DNA of 64,000 bases from the human T2T-CHM13v2.0 reference genome, Homo sapiens: the NCBI RefSeq assembly GCF_009914755.1, contig NC_060939.1. One strand, given 5' to 3'. The position numbers were made by a program, and so were the translations under genes. Position 1 is the stretch's first letter. The number at the start of each line of letters is the position of its first letter. The notes beneath the pieces were generated by a model, which saw only the letters and a program-made list of their open reading frames with translations, made no database searches and was not told the DNA's origin. Shown piece by piece: positions 16,478 through 33,222 of the stretch.

Positions 16478-17914
16478 GCCTCTGCCGCCTCTGCTCTCCA
16501 AGCACCCCTTCCTTCCTATCTCCTCTCCCTCTCTTTCTTTTCCTTTTTCCATCTTCCACTCTTATCCCTCCTTATTCTTTTCCTCCTCCTCCCTTTTGGA
16601 GTGAGGTGACATGTGGGCTATGTAGGTTAGCATATCACGCTCCGCATCTGGCCCCTGGCTGCCCTTGTCCCTGGGTGGTCAAGAACAGAGTATTCCTTCT
16701 TTCTGAGCTGCTCAGTGTTCTGGCTGCTTTTCAGAATGTGCAGCCCATCCCCCAGCCTCTCAGAAGCCCCACCCCAGCCAGCAGCCTGACAGAGCTCACA
16801 ATTCTGTTTTAAGCTTACTCCCTTACAACTAGTTTTATTTCCTAGTCTGACATCTTGGGAGGATGGGTGAGACCAAATCTGTTACATCAGTGTCTAGATG
16901 GAGCATTCGCTAGTTCAGGCCAAGACATTATGAGTTTCATTTTTATGGCTCTCCCAATCCTTGTGTGTGCAGATTTTATTGTGTTAGGAGTTAAAAATGT
17001 AATAAGCAAGGAGAAAAAAAAAATTAAGTCACTTCAGCTAAAGACTACAGCCTAACAAAATCCTTAACAGACGCTTGTTAGTCCTGTTGCTGGGAAGTAT
17101 TTGTCCAGCAGACCTGGAACAGTTTAAAAAAGGAGTGGGGGTTTGGTTAACATTAAAGAAACACAAAGATTTTTCATCTGGCTCTGGGGGAGACCAGAGC
17201 CACAGAGGGAACAAGAAAAGAAAGAGGGGATTGAACATTTTTGCAAACAAATGATAAAACTGCCTTTTAAAGAAGGAGGGGGGATCCCTTGTCCAAACAA
17301 GACTTCTGCCAGGGTAGGAAATCATTTCTGCAATTGTTTACAATGCTCAGGCAGCCGGTCCTAAGTCAACATGGCCTGGGAGCGTTGCCCTGGAGCCTCC
17401 TGCCTTTGCCAGCCGCCTGCCATCTCGAGCTCAGCTATTTCTGGGACTTAGCTCCCTCCCTTGAAAAACAAACCGTGGCCCTCACTGTCATCCCCAATAA
17501 ACCCCCCAGTTTGTGCAGCCTTAATCATGTTTTCCAGAAGAGTTCTCCAACTGACGGCCTGGATGCAATGTGTTGGGCTCAGGAGAGCCAGTATGTGTGG
17601 GGGAAGGGAAGCTCTCATTTGTGGATGCCAAGATGGAAATTTCCATTGCAGTACAAGATGGCTTCACCTGTGGCCAAGGAAACCTACTTCATCTCAAAGA
17701 GGAGAACTTGGCTAATGAACAGCCTGAAATTTATGTCCTTTCTTACAGTTTGTTCCATAAACCCAGAGCAAAGTTTGCTTTTACTAAAAAGCACCATAAT
17801 TACTAGTCATAACCCTTCACATCTGGTTGTCACTTAGTGTAGAAGTCTTTTCACTTCTGTTATCTCATTTGTTCTCCACCATGAGAAAGGCATTATTAGT
17901 CCCATTTATTTACC

Positions 17915-18053
17915 TTTTTTGAAAAAAAAAAAAAAAAAAAAGATGAGATCTCACTATGTTTCTCAGGCTGGTCTTGAGCTCCTAAGCTCAAGTGATCCTC
18001 CTGTCTTGGCCTCTCAAAGTGCTAGGATTACAGGTATGGACCACTGTACCCAG
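17915..18053 (-). mobile_element. Alu left monomer
   Basis: Antisense monomer with TSD tcccatttattta. Confidence 0.88.
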
Positions 18054-18299
18054 TCAATCCCATTTATTTAATTCATCTATTTGTCTCCTTATTTGGTGTT
18101 AATAATACAGTCATGTGGCTTGAAAATTTTAAATTCCAGTGAAAAGATGTCTTCTCTTCTACTCTTCCACAATTCTTCTGGTCTCTATCTGCCCACAGGT
18201 AACCACTACTGTTCATTTTTCTGTGTATCTCTCCAGAGATGCTTTATGTATATCTAAGCAACTTGGGGTGGTACAAGGAGAAAGAGTATTGCAGAGAGA

Positions 18300-18660
18300 C
18301 AGAAAAGTCCCAGGCACTAGGCCTAGCTCTGTCTCCAGTTGGCTGTTTGACATTGTGCATGCTACTTTCCCTCTCTGAACCTCACTTACCTCACTTACGT
18401 CATCTGTGAAAATGAGAATAAAAGCTAACATTCATTAGGCTTATATGTGCCTGCCACTGTGATAAGTGTTTTTATATGTGTTAGTTGAATTAAGCTCACT
18501 ACAGTCCTATAAGGAGGCACTGTAAGTCCCATTTATCCATGACAAACTGAGGCACAGAGAAATTAAATATCTTGCCCAGGTCCTAGTTAATTAGAGGGAG
18601 AGCCTGGGTTTTATGAAGCTAGGTAGTCTAACAGTAGAGCTCATTCACCACTTAAACCCC
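18300..18660. mobile_element. Two MIR fragments in opposite orientation
   Basis: catctgtgaaaatgagaataa; aaactgaggcacagagaaattaaatatcttgccc. Confidence 0.7.
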
Positions 18661-19088
18661 TGCGCTATATACGGCCACTCATTTATGATACTGGCACTAC
18701 CAAATGATGGCTTGAAACAGGAGGCTGCCCCAGAGTGGTTCCTCCCAATTTAGGTATCTAAAATCCTATGTCCAGTTCCCATAAAACCCTGGCCAGGCAG
18801 CTCTGAGTCACTCAGCCCCATTCAGATGGGATGGTGACAGCTGGCAAAGAGCAGCAGACAGCAGGGCAAGGCTCAGGCATGAACCCTGATGTCAGACCAG
18901 TGCTTCCCCCTGTGTCCCTCCAGGGGAATCAGGACAACTCCTTAATAAGAATTTCTTATTTTTTATCAAAGGTAGTAACGCACGTAATTTAAAAAGCCAA
19001 CTCATATTCAGAGACAAAAGACAGCAGCCCAGAACAAACACTTTTAACTCCTTTGGTTAGTTCTGTATATATTTATCTCCCTTATTCT

Positions 19089-19541
19089 TGTCAACCTTAA
19101 ATAATATTCAGAAAGTATGATTAAATATAGAGTTCATTTGAGCCCAAAGCTTGAGGATGGCCACCCAGGAACATGGATTCAAGTTGCCCTGAATATACAT
19201 TCTAATTAGCAGCACCTACAAATGGGTTTTTAAAGGGAAAAAAAGAAGAGGCAGTTCCTAAGTTGTTTAACAAGAATTTACATTAAAGTAACATAAGCTA
19301 TTAATTGGTTATACATTGTTCTTTGTATCACAAATTCTAGGAACATGAAGATAATGGGTGAGGCCAGCTAGTCAGGAACAAAATGCCTTTAAACAATTGT
19401 CCCCAGGGCATGGGCGGGATGCGGAGGTGGGGGTGAGGGATGAGAGTAGGGGCCTGACTGAAGTCCCAGGTCTCTCTGAGCCAAGTAAATTTTGCATACC
19501 TCTCATAGCTTACAGCAGTCTGAGCTATTTTTCTTTTTTCA
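19089..19541 (-). mobile_element. MER65 family LTR (ERV1)
   Basis: ...aaattttgcatacctctcatagctt...tctgagctatttttctttttca. Confidence 0.75.
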
Positions 19542-19544
19542 TTC

Positions 19545-20822
19545 TAAACCTAGATAGTAAATATTTTCAGCTTTGTGAGCCATACAATCTTTGTTGCAAT
19601 TTCTCAACTGCCTTATATCTAGAAAGCAGTCAGGCAATATATACATAAATGGACATGGCCATCTTCCAATACAACCTTATTTACAAAAACAGATTTTTAA
19701 AGCAAAAACAGATTTGACCTGTTGATGCGGGATTTTTCTCGGTCACTTTGCCAGCCAGAGACCTCCAGCCAGCAATACCCCTGGCCCAGGCCTTGCTCGG
19801 GCCTGGGTTCACCACAGGAGAGGCCCCATCTACTGCTGGGCTATGCCTGGCTTGCACTCCAGTGTGGGTGCTGTGTCTGCTGTGACTGTGCTGGCAGGAG
19901 GGGATGTGTGAGCCAGTGACAGCAGGGTCCAGCCAGCTGTTCTAAGAGCCGGCACAGGAGTGGGATCCATGCAGGGCTTGTGGCTGAACCAGGTGTGTCA
20001 CAAGCGACTCCTGTGGTAGACTCTGGTGTCCAGACGAGGGGAATGTGGTGGCACCCAAGCAGCGGTGCCCTGGACCCTGAAGCCCAGAGGGTGTGTTACA
20101 GTGTGCTAATTAGCTCTTTTAGTCCCATTTTCCGTGGCCCAATGGATGGCAGTGTGTTAACAGCTCTGTCAGCCCCGTTGACCCGCTCCAGCCCGTGGCT
20201 CGGCCTTGCTGCTGCTTCCTATTGTTTAGGGCAGCTGCCTTCTGCTGGCAGAGGGCAGAAGGCCACAGTGTTACAGCCTTCTTTGTACCTGCATTCAGTG
20301 GGTCCTGAGTTCTTGTTTCACATCCAAGAATAATGAGGTTATGCTGACAAAGGGTGAGGAGGGCAGAGAAGAATTTTATTGAGCAATGAAAACAGCTCTC
20401 AGCAGAGCAGGGACACAAGGTTGGTCCCCCACTTGAAATCAGGTGGTCTTTCAATCAATGTGGCTGGGTCTGAGGCTTTTATGGGCCCAGAATGGGAGAG
20501 TGCATGCTGATTGGTTTGTGAGTACGCAAGAAAGCCTAAAACGAAGGTACCACTCAAAGGTGGGCATGACGGTGTAAAATCCCAATTGAGGAAGGGTAGA
20601 TACATGTAAAATAGGTGAAGGGTAGGGATCAATCAGGGGAAAGCACACCAAATGGGAAGAGAGGTTCTCAATCTGGTCCAAGGATTTACCCAGGACTTGT
20701 AGCTAGGGTTCAAACAGTCTTTGGCTTGAAGGTCAGGTTTCACTGGGGACCCACCTCTGTCTGACTAGGATTTGTCTGCTTCCTGTTGCTAATCACTGTG
20801 GGATGTAGTTTACTGATATCTG
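19545..20822 (+). mobile_element. MER58A (hAT-Charlie MITE), split by LTR27-like element
   Basis: agatagtaaatattttcagctttgtgagccata...ttatttacaaaaacag, resuming as ctgtgggatgtagtttactga. Confidence 0.75.
19723..20795 (-). mobile_element. LTR27-like solo LTR (ERV1)
   Basis: TG...CA termini, perfect 4-bp TSD CTGT; minus strand begins tgattagcaacaggaagcagacaaatcctag. Confidence 0.75.
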
Positions 20823-20889
20823 TTGTAAATTCTTAAATTTCTGTTTCTTAATTTATAAATTTTAATTAATTTTCTATTGTGGTCAATAA

Positions 20890-21233
<344 letters not shown>

Positions 21234-21743
21234 CCCCAAGAATTTACCTTTCTTAAACAGCTCTCCTCTCTGCAGTTGTTTACCCTCCCAACTCATCCTA
21301 ATAGAGTTATATTGTAATTATCAGTTACATTAATATTCAATGTTTATATTATGACTAGGTAAATACTGTTCTCTGTTGAGCCAAACAATATACCATCTCC
21401 TTTCTCATACGGCCTTTGTTTTTACCTGGAGTTAACTATTTCATTCTTTTTTTTTTTTTTCATTTGCATGGTGTATTTGACTTTCAACAGCCTCTCTCAG
21501 AATTTTCTACATGGTTTAACACCTCTTTTTTCCAGTGCTACTGTTTTGCTGGAGGAGGCCCTCCTACAGCCTTCCAGACTGCCACTCCAGTGTAGACTGG
21601 GATTCCCTGGGCCTGGGCTTATCTCTTATCCTAAAACTTTCTTTCTCCACTATCCTGGAAATCTACTGGATCTCTTCTCTATATTGGATCTCTTTTTCCT
21701 AGATCCCATGTCCTCCTCTGATTTACTTCCTCATTTTCCTTAA

Positions 21744-22048
<305 letters not shown>

Positions 22049-22254
22049 CCACTATCACTCTTGAATGATAGTTTTGGAAGGGCTAGTATTCTAGACAGGA
22101 AATAATTTTTTCCCCAATATTTTGAAGCATATAAGTTGTTAGAAGTCTGATATGTTTTAAATTCTTAATCCTTTATATGCAATCTGTTTTTCTTCTCTAG
22201 AAGTTTTTATAATCTTCTCTTTATTCCTAATGTTCTGAAATTTCAGCATGATGT

Positions 22255-22481
22255 TGTCAGAGGCATTTGAACCAGAGCAACTCCATCTTGAATAGGGCTT
22301 GGGTAAAAGAAGTCTGAGACATATTGGGCTGCATTCCCAGGAGGTTAGGCATTCTAAGTCACAGGATGAGATAGGAGTTCGGCACAAGATACAGGTCATA
22401 AAGATCTTGCTGATAAAACAGGTTGTGTAAAGAAGTCGGCCAAAACCCACTGATACCAAGATGGCAATAAAAATGACCTCT
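22255..22481 (+). mobile_element. MER41 5' fragment
   Basis: tgtcagaggcatttgaaccagagcaactccatcttg...aatgacctct, truncated. Confidence 0.88.
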
Positions 22482-22976
22482 TTTTTTTTAAGCCTCATAT
22501 TCATTTTCTGCATTACCTTGTGCCTCTAGTTACTGAGCCTTTTTGAGTTTCTGCAGGGTAAGTTGACTTGCTTCACATGGTATCACCCATGCACAGTCTA
22601 TTAAGAGTCAGCCGCTTCTAGTCTGATAAGACACCCTCGATGTCTATCGACTTTTCATCCTCCTAGCGCATGTTGACGACTCTTTCCCCCATTGTTTCCA
22701 TTCTTGTCCTCTTTGTCCTTGTGAACTTAGTTTGTTCCTATTGCAGTGCCCCCAATTGGTCTTTGTTTCTATCCTTGTTCAATCTTTGTCCTTTTACAGT
22801 GTATTTTCCACAGAGAAGCAAAGGGGTCTTTAAAAATGTAAGTCACAAATTCAGAACATTTGTGGACATTCCATAGGACAACTGCACTAACCTCTTTAAT
22901 AGTCAACAGCATGAAAACACAAGGCAAAGGGATAGGTAGGGACTCTCCTACTACATTAAAAAATATTTAGGAGGCA

Positions 22977-23240
22977 GGCCAGGTGTGGTGGCTTACACCT
23001 GCAATCCCAGCACTTTAGGGGGCCAAGGTGGGTGGATCACAAGGTCAGGAGATTGAGACCATCCTGTCTAACACTGTGAAACCCTGTCTCTACTAAAAAT
23101 ACAAAAATTAGCTCAGCCTGGTGGCATGCGCCCGTAGTCCTGAACCCAAGAGGCGGAGGTTGCAGTGAGCCGAGATCATGCCACTGCACTCCAGCCTGGG
23201 CAACAGAGTGAGACTGTCAAAAAAAAAAAAAAAAAAAAAA
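22977..23240 (+). mobile_element. Alu (AluS-like, right-arm deletion)
   Basis: TSD taggaggca and long A-tail. Confidence 0.93.
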
Positions 23241-23427
23241 CTAGGAGGCATATCAAAAGTTGTAATGTGTGGTCACGATATAAGCAAACCAATTGTAAAA
23301 AGACATTTGTGGACTATTGGGGAAATCTGAGTAAAGAAATTTAAAAATTATTAATTTTGTTAGGTGCAATAATAGCATTACGGTTATGTAGGAAATGTAT
23401 TTTCTAGAGATTCATATTGAATTATAA

Positions 23428-24515
<1,088 letters not shown>

Positions 24516-24824
24516 TTTAACCATTTTTAACTACACATTTAATTGGCACTACGTGCATTTACATTGTTGTGCAACCACCACTATTATCTATTTCCAGAAC
24601 TTTTTTGATCATCCCCTACTGAAACTCTGTACTCAATAAACAATAACAATATGTTCCTCTCCCCAGCCCCTGGCAACTATCATTCCACTTTTTGCTTCCA
24701 TGTATTTGACTACTCTCAGTACCTCATATAAGTAGAATCATGTAATAGTTGTCCCTTTGTCTCTGGTTTATTTCACTTAGCATAATGAATGTCTTCAAGC
24801 TTCATCCATGTTGTAGCTGCATAT

Positions 24825-24990
24825 CACCTGCCATTTTATACATTTGTTTGGTCATTCGCTTTTTATCGTCTGCTCTCCCGACTACCCAAAAGGTAAGGTC
24901 GTTGGGGGCAAGAGCTTTGTCTGTTTTGCTTGTTCATCTAGAACAGTGCCTGGGCACAGAATAAGTACTCAAATATTTGTTGAGTAATTT
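24825..24990 (+). mobile_element. L2 3' end
   Basis: ctagaacagtgcctgggcacagaataagtactcaaatatttgttga. Confidence 0.7.
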
Positions 24991-25165
24991 GCCTCCTGTT
25001 GGGACAATCTCCTTTTTTTGCATAGAGTTGGCCTTCTTTTCTGAACACGATGTGTCCATTTAGAAAGTAATTTTTAGCTCCCGCTGTGCAAAACACTTTG
25101 GGGGACAGGAAGATAAGGCAGCGAAGCGAGTTAGAGTGGTGCAGCTGACGGGGTTAGAGTGGTGG

Positions 25166-25696
25166 AGTAGACATCTGTTTTCATTGTTTTGTTTTGTTTT
25201 CCCTGCCCAACATTTACTCCCCTTCTTCTGATATTAGCAGTGGGATTTTCCTTTGGGATATCTCCCTTCCCCATTCTCAGTCTGTGTGGTTATAAAGGAT
25301 CCATCTCATCCTCTGGCTTCAAGGCAAGATAAGTAACCCAGGCCTGCCAATAAGACCCAGGCATGAGACTTCTGTTGCAATCATTACACTGAGCCTACAA
25401 AACTGGGAGAATGTGAGCCTGGAGTTCTGATGCCTCACTACGTTGAAATCTTATATTTGAGAATGAAGACAACACAGAAGAAAATAGAGTTCAGAGATGG
25501 ACAAAAGGGAATAAAGCCCTGATCACATTATTTGAGCTCCTGAAACCAGCCATGCCCGAAGTCAGAGATCCATTTCCTGGACTTTTCAGCTTTGTGAGCC
25601 AATAACTTCTCAACGTCTTCCCATTTATTTGTTTATTTCATCTTATTTTGATTTGAATTGGACTTCTGTCGCCTGCTGCCAAAATATTCCTAATAT
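25166..25696 (+). mobile_element. MLT1 (MLT1K-like) MaLR LTR
   Basis: ctggacttttcagctttgtgagccaataa...ttctgtcgcctgc. Confidence 0.65.
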
Positions 25697-25779
25697 AAGG
25701 GAGACAGACAAAAAGGAAAGAAGGTAGAGAGACTCAACTTGTGGGGTTTGGAGGCTCAGCTGTTATCTAGGAAAAGCAT

Positions 25780-25960
25780 AAAGGATTTAAGATGTTTACC
25801 TCAAAGAAGAGAAGCCTCTGGAAGACAGGGCTACATCTTTAGATATGTAAAGAGCTGTCATATGGGAGAAGAATTAAATTTGCTCTAGATAATGCAGCAG
25901 GAAATACCAGGACCAGCAGCTAAATATTTTTAGGAAAAAAAGTTAATTCAGGAGGAAGGA
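25780..25960 (+). mobile_element. CR1/L3 fragment
   Basis: gatgtttacctcaaagaagagaagcc...aagagctgtcat resembles the CR1 RT C-terminus (LFSLEKRRLRG). Confidence 0.55.
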
Positions 25961-26296
25961 AAATGTAGAGGCCCCAGAAGCAGCCTAGAGGTACTGTAGT
26001 GAAGTGGAAGTGAATGAGCCCAAGGTGGGGAGACACAAATGGTATACACTGGTGAGAAAAAGGGTAGCCCTGCATGGGGCCTCATTGTAGATAACCCTTA
26101 AGGTCCCTGTCTTGGGAACTCCCCACTTGTGCTGACTGATGTAAGCAGAGATTGAGTTTGTCACCTGAAGGCATTAGACACATGGCCCCTCCTCCTCAAC
26201 CCTGGGCCTCCTACTCATGCCAGAAGCTAACTACAAGGTTGCTCAAAAACACAGTTGATAGGGGCTGACCATTATGTTAACCCATGGAGTATAAGA

Positions 26297-26702
26297 TATG
26301 TTAGTCTGTTCTTGTGCTGCTATAAAGGAATACCTGAGGCTCGGTAAATTATAAAGAAAAGAGGTTTATTTTGGCTCATGTTTCTGCAGGCTGTACAGGA
26401 AGTGTGGTGCCAGCATCTGCTTCTGGTGAGAGTTTCAGGAGGCTTACAATCATGGTGGAAGGTGAAGGGAGAGCAGGCTTGTCACAGGGTGAGAGAGAGA
26501 GAAGGAGGTGCCAGGTTCCTTTTAAACTATCAGAGATCAAGGTAACAGAGTGAGAACTCACTCATTACCATGGGGAGGGCACCAAGACATTCCTGAGGGG
26601 TCCACCCCCATGACCAAAGCAGCTCCCACTAGGCCCCCCTCCAACATTGGGGATTACATTTCAACTTGAGTTTTGGAGGGGACAAATATCCAAACTATAT
26701 CA
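26297..26702 (-). mobile_element. MSTB-like MaLR LTR
   Basis: ttagtctgttcttgtgctgctataaaggaatacctgag...atccaaactatatca. Confidence 0.88.
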
Positions 26703-27356
26703 TGGGAGAAGTGGGCTTTCTCAAGGAATTTGAAAAAAATTTTTCTTGTCAGCCTCTTCTGTAAAAGAATATCCAGCACCAAAGCATGTGCTGTGGTTTT
26801 GTTAAAAATTGTTTTGTAATTTGAAGAGTCTGGGTCACAGCCCCAGAGAGCTTCTGGATGGCAACTGCATCACAGTCCTGAAATAAAAGATGCTGTCAAT
26901 ATGCTGCCATCCAGTGCCCACGCCACCCTTTCCCGTGGCAATGTAGGAAGTCTACAAAGACTTCCTCGCCTGCCTCCCGTTCCGGGCCTTCCCTCTTCAC
27001 CCACCGGATATCTTTTCCTTTCTTGCCTTTTCCTGTCCCCAGATCTTGCTCTTGGACCAGCGCCTAATTTTCAGAAGGTATTTCCAGATAAGAAAAGCTA
27101 CAGTGACAAAGAAAACGCATCAGTCTAGGATCACTGTGGTGGCACAGGGAGAGTTTGGGCTTTGGGATCAGAAATGAGTTTTTTTACTTTTTAAAAATTA
27201 TTTATTTTTTAAAAGCTTTTTTTTGGTTTGTTTTTAAATGAGATGTAGATATGCCTTAGAAGTCAACCAAGTTTAAGTTCTGACTCTACCTTACATGGAA
27301 AACTCAATTTTCCTGGGTTTCAATCCCCTCATGTATAAAGGAAGGATAATGATACT

Positions 27357-27650
27357 TTATTTTGGGGAGTCTCGCTCTGTCACCCAGGCTGGATTGCAGT
27401 GGCGCAATCTTGGCTCACTGCAACCCCTGCCTTCCAGGTTCAAGCGATTCTGGTGTCTCAGCCTCCTGAGTAGCTAGGATTACAGACGCGCATCACCATG
27501 TCTGGCTAAATTTTTTTTTTTTGTATTTTTAGTAGAGATGGGGTTTCACCATGTTGGCCAAGCTGGTCTCGAACTCCTGACCTCAAGTGATCTGCCTGCC
27601 TCAGCCTCCCAAAGTGCTGGTATTACAGGTGTGAGCCACCACGCCTGGTC
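27357..27650 (-). mobile_element. Alu (AluS-like) within MIR
   Basis: Antisense dimer. Confidence 0.93.
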
Positions 27651-27828
27651 CAATACTTTCTTAATAGGGTATTTTGAGAATTAAAGATGTTTCTGTTAGG
27701 TGCTTAGTACAGAGAATGGATAGTAATTGAAAAATGACAAATATTTAAATAATGATTGCTAAAAGACCAAAGGACCTTCAAAACAACCAAAGAATTTAAA
27801 TGGTTGGTTTAAGTGGTTGGACCCTTAA

Positions 27829-28171
<343 letters not shown>

Positions 28172-28237
28172 TGAGAGGTGTTTTCTTAAGAGGAGGTCAA
28201 GGAGAGTATGAGGAATGCTTGGATATTGTCAAGGCTT

Positions 28238-28676
28238 TGTGCCGGAGGTTCCGCTACTACCTACAACAGTCCATCTCCCTTCTTTCCTGGGCTTATAGCC
28301 AAGATTATATTTTCCAGCTCCCCTTTCAGTTAAGGGTGGCCATATGACCACATTCTCTCCAGTGAAGTGTAAGTGATGTAATGACATGTGGCATTTAAGG
28401 GGCTAGGGCTTAACATTCTCCTCCTCTTTTTCCTTCCCATTAGCAGCAACCCAGATATGGCTGCTAACCCGGCGTCAACCATGCAGATGAGAACTGGGCT
28501 CTTGGAATGGCAGAACAATAACTTGGAAAGAGCCTGGGTCTTGAGGGACTATGGGCTGCAGAGCTGCCAGCCTTCAAGGACTATACTGTGTAGGAAAAAT
28601 AAATTCCTTTGCTCCCTAAGCCATGGTTTAGTTGGATCTCTTTGTTATAGCAGATGAGCCTTATCCTAAATGATAT
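28238..28676 (+). mobile_element. MLT1J-like MaLR LTR
   Basis: tatttttccagctcccctttcagttaagggtggccatatgac...ctttgttatagcag...cctaaatgata. Confidence 0.65.
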
Positions 28677-28868
28677 GTCAGATATGGACCATCTTGGTAT
28701 AGGGCATCCATTTCTCAAACTTGGGTTCCTTTTAATAAACAATAGGCAGTTGAGGTAGACTAGGAAAAGCCCTGGACTCAAAGTGAAGAAATTTGGCTGC
28801 TCAGTGAAAATAATTAACATTTTGTGCTTTGCATCATAGTTGACCAAGATTTCCTCTGAGAGACCTAG

Positions 28869-29146
<278 letters not shown>

Positions 29147-30394
29147 TGTAATTTCTTTATAAAATAGCAACCACAGAGGTATGAGGAGTGTAAGTGAAAC
29201 TTTTAAGTTGTCAAGTGTCATGCAAACATGAGGGCCTCTCAGCATCTGGGGCATTGGAGGGCACTAGACGTGTTCTGTCTCAGCTGAGAGGCAAGGTGGG
29301 GTCCTCTGAAGGAGGGGCCAGAGAGCAAAAGTGGGCACAGTCTGCTGCCTCGTCTCCTGGACAGATTGACATGCAAGAGGCCCACGGTGGAATATACTCC
29401 TAGCCAACTAATTGTAAAAATATGCAGAATTATAGATACAGAGAGAGCCTATATAATACCCCACATGACTAAGAGCAATCTCTGCAGAGGAGCACTGCAT
29501 TAAAATAACAGCCGCGGCAGGCATGAGGCCGCCTTCAGAGATAAGTGCTGGAGTTTGGCTCTAAATGCCAACATCCTTAGCTAATCTAAGTAATGCATGA
29601 GCAGGAAGAATTCCGTGGCTGGGAGCCCAAGTGGAGTTGTTTAAAGAACTCTTAAGAACAGCTAGTAACCTCCAAGCAGTAGGCCCAAGTGCATGATGGG
29701 GAATTTAACATTTAATAGAATCTGAGGGGTGAGGGGCTGCCGAGAGGGCTGGGGGTGGGGACTTGGATCTCAATGAGAGGCACGCTGTTAAGGGGCTTCT
29801 GGCAGCGCCTCCACCATGCCATAGTTGGTTTCTGTCTCTGGTTCATTTGTTTTGTGCAAGATCAACTCGAATCAGGAATCCCAGGTTAGAAAGTCCACCA
29901 TCCTCTCATTAAAGAGGCCAGGAAGGGCTTGACCAGAAAGTTAGGGGAAAAGATGTCACTCCTGTTGAGAAGGGAGGCAGCCTCCTACCTCTGACATTAT
30001 GGCTCTATGATTTTTGGAACTGGAATATTCACCTAGAGATTGTCTCATATATTCTCCACCTCCCCACCCCCATCGCCAACTCTCATGTTATAGTTGGGGA
30101 AACTGAGGCCCAGCACAGGGGAGCAAAGCTCCCAAAAACACGCAGTGAGTCGGGGGCTGTGGAGATCACCTCCTCCAATCAGAACCACTGCCTACTTCCC
30201 ACCCACCCCATTATTTCACAAATGCAGATAAGGAGGTGCAGAGGGAGAAAGTGACAATGTCAAGGTTTCATTCATTTCAGGGCAGAAGGGTGAGTGGCAG
30301 CTAGGCTACCTGGTTCAAAACCATAAGATTTTGACCACCACGTTTCAGCATCTTATCAGCTGAGAGTGATGACTAGCAAAGGCCTCTCTCCTGG

Positions 30395-31105
<711 letters not shown>

Positions 31106-31139
31106 TTCTCTAGCAGTACATAAAAAGCATCCTGGTCTT

Positions 31140-31480
<341 letters not shown>

Positions 31481-32037
31481 TCAACCAGGGCTCTCCTGGT
31501 AGGTTCATGACTTCATGTCTTTGACCTCCACTGGCTGGGAGGCTCATGGGGGCAGGGGAGTCATTGCCTATGGTGCATGCAGTAGATGCTCTGCTAATAC
31601 TGTACTCTTTAGGGTAAGTGGAGGGTAGAGAAAGGTTTCTCAGTTCTGCCTTAATTCAAGAGTGCCCCAGGCAATAAACTGTTGCTTGTTCTTATAGAAT
31701 GGCAGTTGCTTTGGACAAATGTTTTGGAAGATTTTTGGAACTCCAGAGTACTGCAGAGAGTACTTTCAGACAAGGTTGTCGATTGGAAAAGAAACTGAAA
31801 AGGGCCTGGACCAGGCTGGGCTGGACACATAATATATCCACAATATCCTGGACTGAACTTGAGCCATTGTGTATTTATGTAATTGTCCTGCTGTTGGCAA
31901 AGGGCAAGTCCAAGCCTGAGGAGTGGGGTAGATTCCACTGAAGAAATGTTCCCATGCCAGTCATCTTGGGAGGAAGTTTGTCCTGGGGTAGAAATTGAGA
32001 ACTCAAGATGTGGACCTTTGGGGTGAGAAAGAAGTGT

Positions 32038-32040
<3 letters not shown>

Positions 32041-32089
<49 letters not shown>
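32041..32089. repeat. (CT)24 microsatellite
   Basis: Read directly. Confidence 0.97.
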
Positions 32090-32092
<3 letters not shown>

Positions 32093-32800
32093 AAAGTTGG
32101 GTCTGCCCTACAAGGGAAGACATGTTCCAGGCAACCTGAGAGAAGGAGCTGGGCTGGACCCTGCTGATGGGGAACAAGCTGGGGCTGAACAGCTAGGTGG
32201 TCCTATGAGATTATCTGGGTACCAACCTGGGCTCTGATAAAATCCACATTGGTCACTGTGTTGAGTATGTATTTCTTTGTATTTTATTCTTCTTCCATGG
32301 TGCCCAGATTTAATCAGCTCCTGCTAGACACTGCATCTGGTTTCTGTTGAGTATGATGCACTGAGGGGAAGGCTCTGGCCATGCTTGGGGCTGAGTGGCC
32401 ACCATACCTGGCCTGAACATTTTAATAGAACTTTTCACTTTACAAAACAATATCCCACTCAGAATGCTGGGCTCGGTGCAGGGACAGACAAGCTCAGCAG
32501 TGTGGGAAATCGCAGCAGGTGTGCAGACTAAGGAAGCTGGAGGGGGAGAACATAAGGGCAAGTTCTGGGGCAGTGGTAACTTAGCACCTGGGGCCTCTCC
32601 AAAATAGCTAGGGATGGTCCTGCAGGGACTGAGTTCCTATGTGGGCCAGTAGGGTTCAAAGGAAATTGTAGCTTGAGCATTAAATGGAGATAAGGCAGTT
32701 TATTTTCATTGGCTGGGGAGGCCTGAACATAGTTGTTCTATTAGATGTTGTGGTAGTAAAAATAGATAACAGCAATAATCTAGTATGTCAACATGTGAGG

Positions 32801-33097
32801 TTTTTTTGTTTTTTTGAGACAGGATCTTGCTCTGTTGCCCAGGCTTGAGTGCAGTGGTGCATTACAGCTCACATAATGCTTGAACTCCAAGGCTAAAAGC
32901 AATCCTCTCACCTCAGCCTCCTGAGTAGCTGGGACTACAAGTGTGCCCCATCATGCCCGGCTAATTTTTGTGTTTTTTGTACAGATGGGATCTCATAATG
33001 TTGCCTAAACTGGTCTTGAACTCCTGGGCTCAAGTGATCCTCCTACCTCTGCCTCCCAAAGTGCTGTGATTACAAGTGTGAGCCACCATGTCTGGCC
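32801..33097 (-). mobile_element. Alu (AluJ-like)
   Basis: Antisense dimer. Confidence 0.93.
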
Positions 33098-33222
33098 TCA
33101 ACATTTTAATAGAACGTTTCACTTTTACAAAACAGTTTCCTATATATCCATTTCTAGTTGATCCTCAAAATAATCTTATATGTAGAACAGGCATTAGATT
33201 GCTAATTGTTCTTATTAGTTAC

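Noticed and set aside
17289-17837. Longest ORF (182 aa)
   Set aside because: It starts at TTG, has no recognisable domain and overlaps ORFs in other frames, which is consistent with chance.
29555-29571. NFI palindrome TTGGC...GCCAA
   Set aside because: The spacer is 7 nt rather than the required 5.
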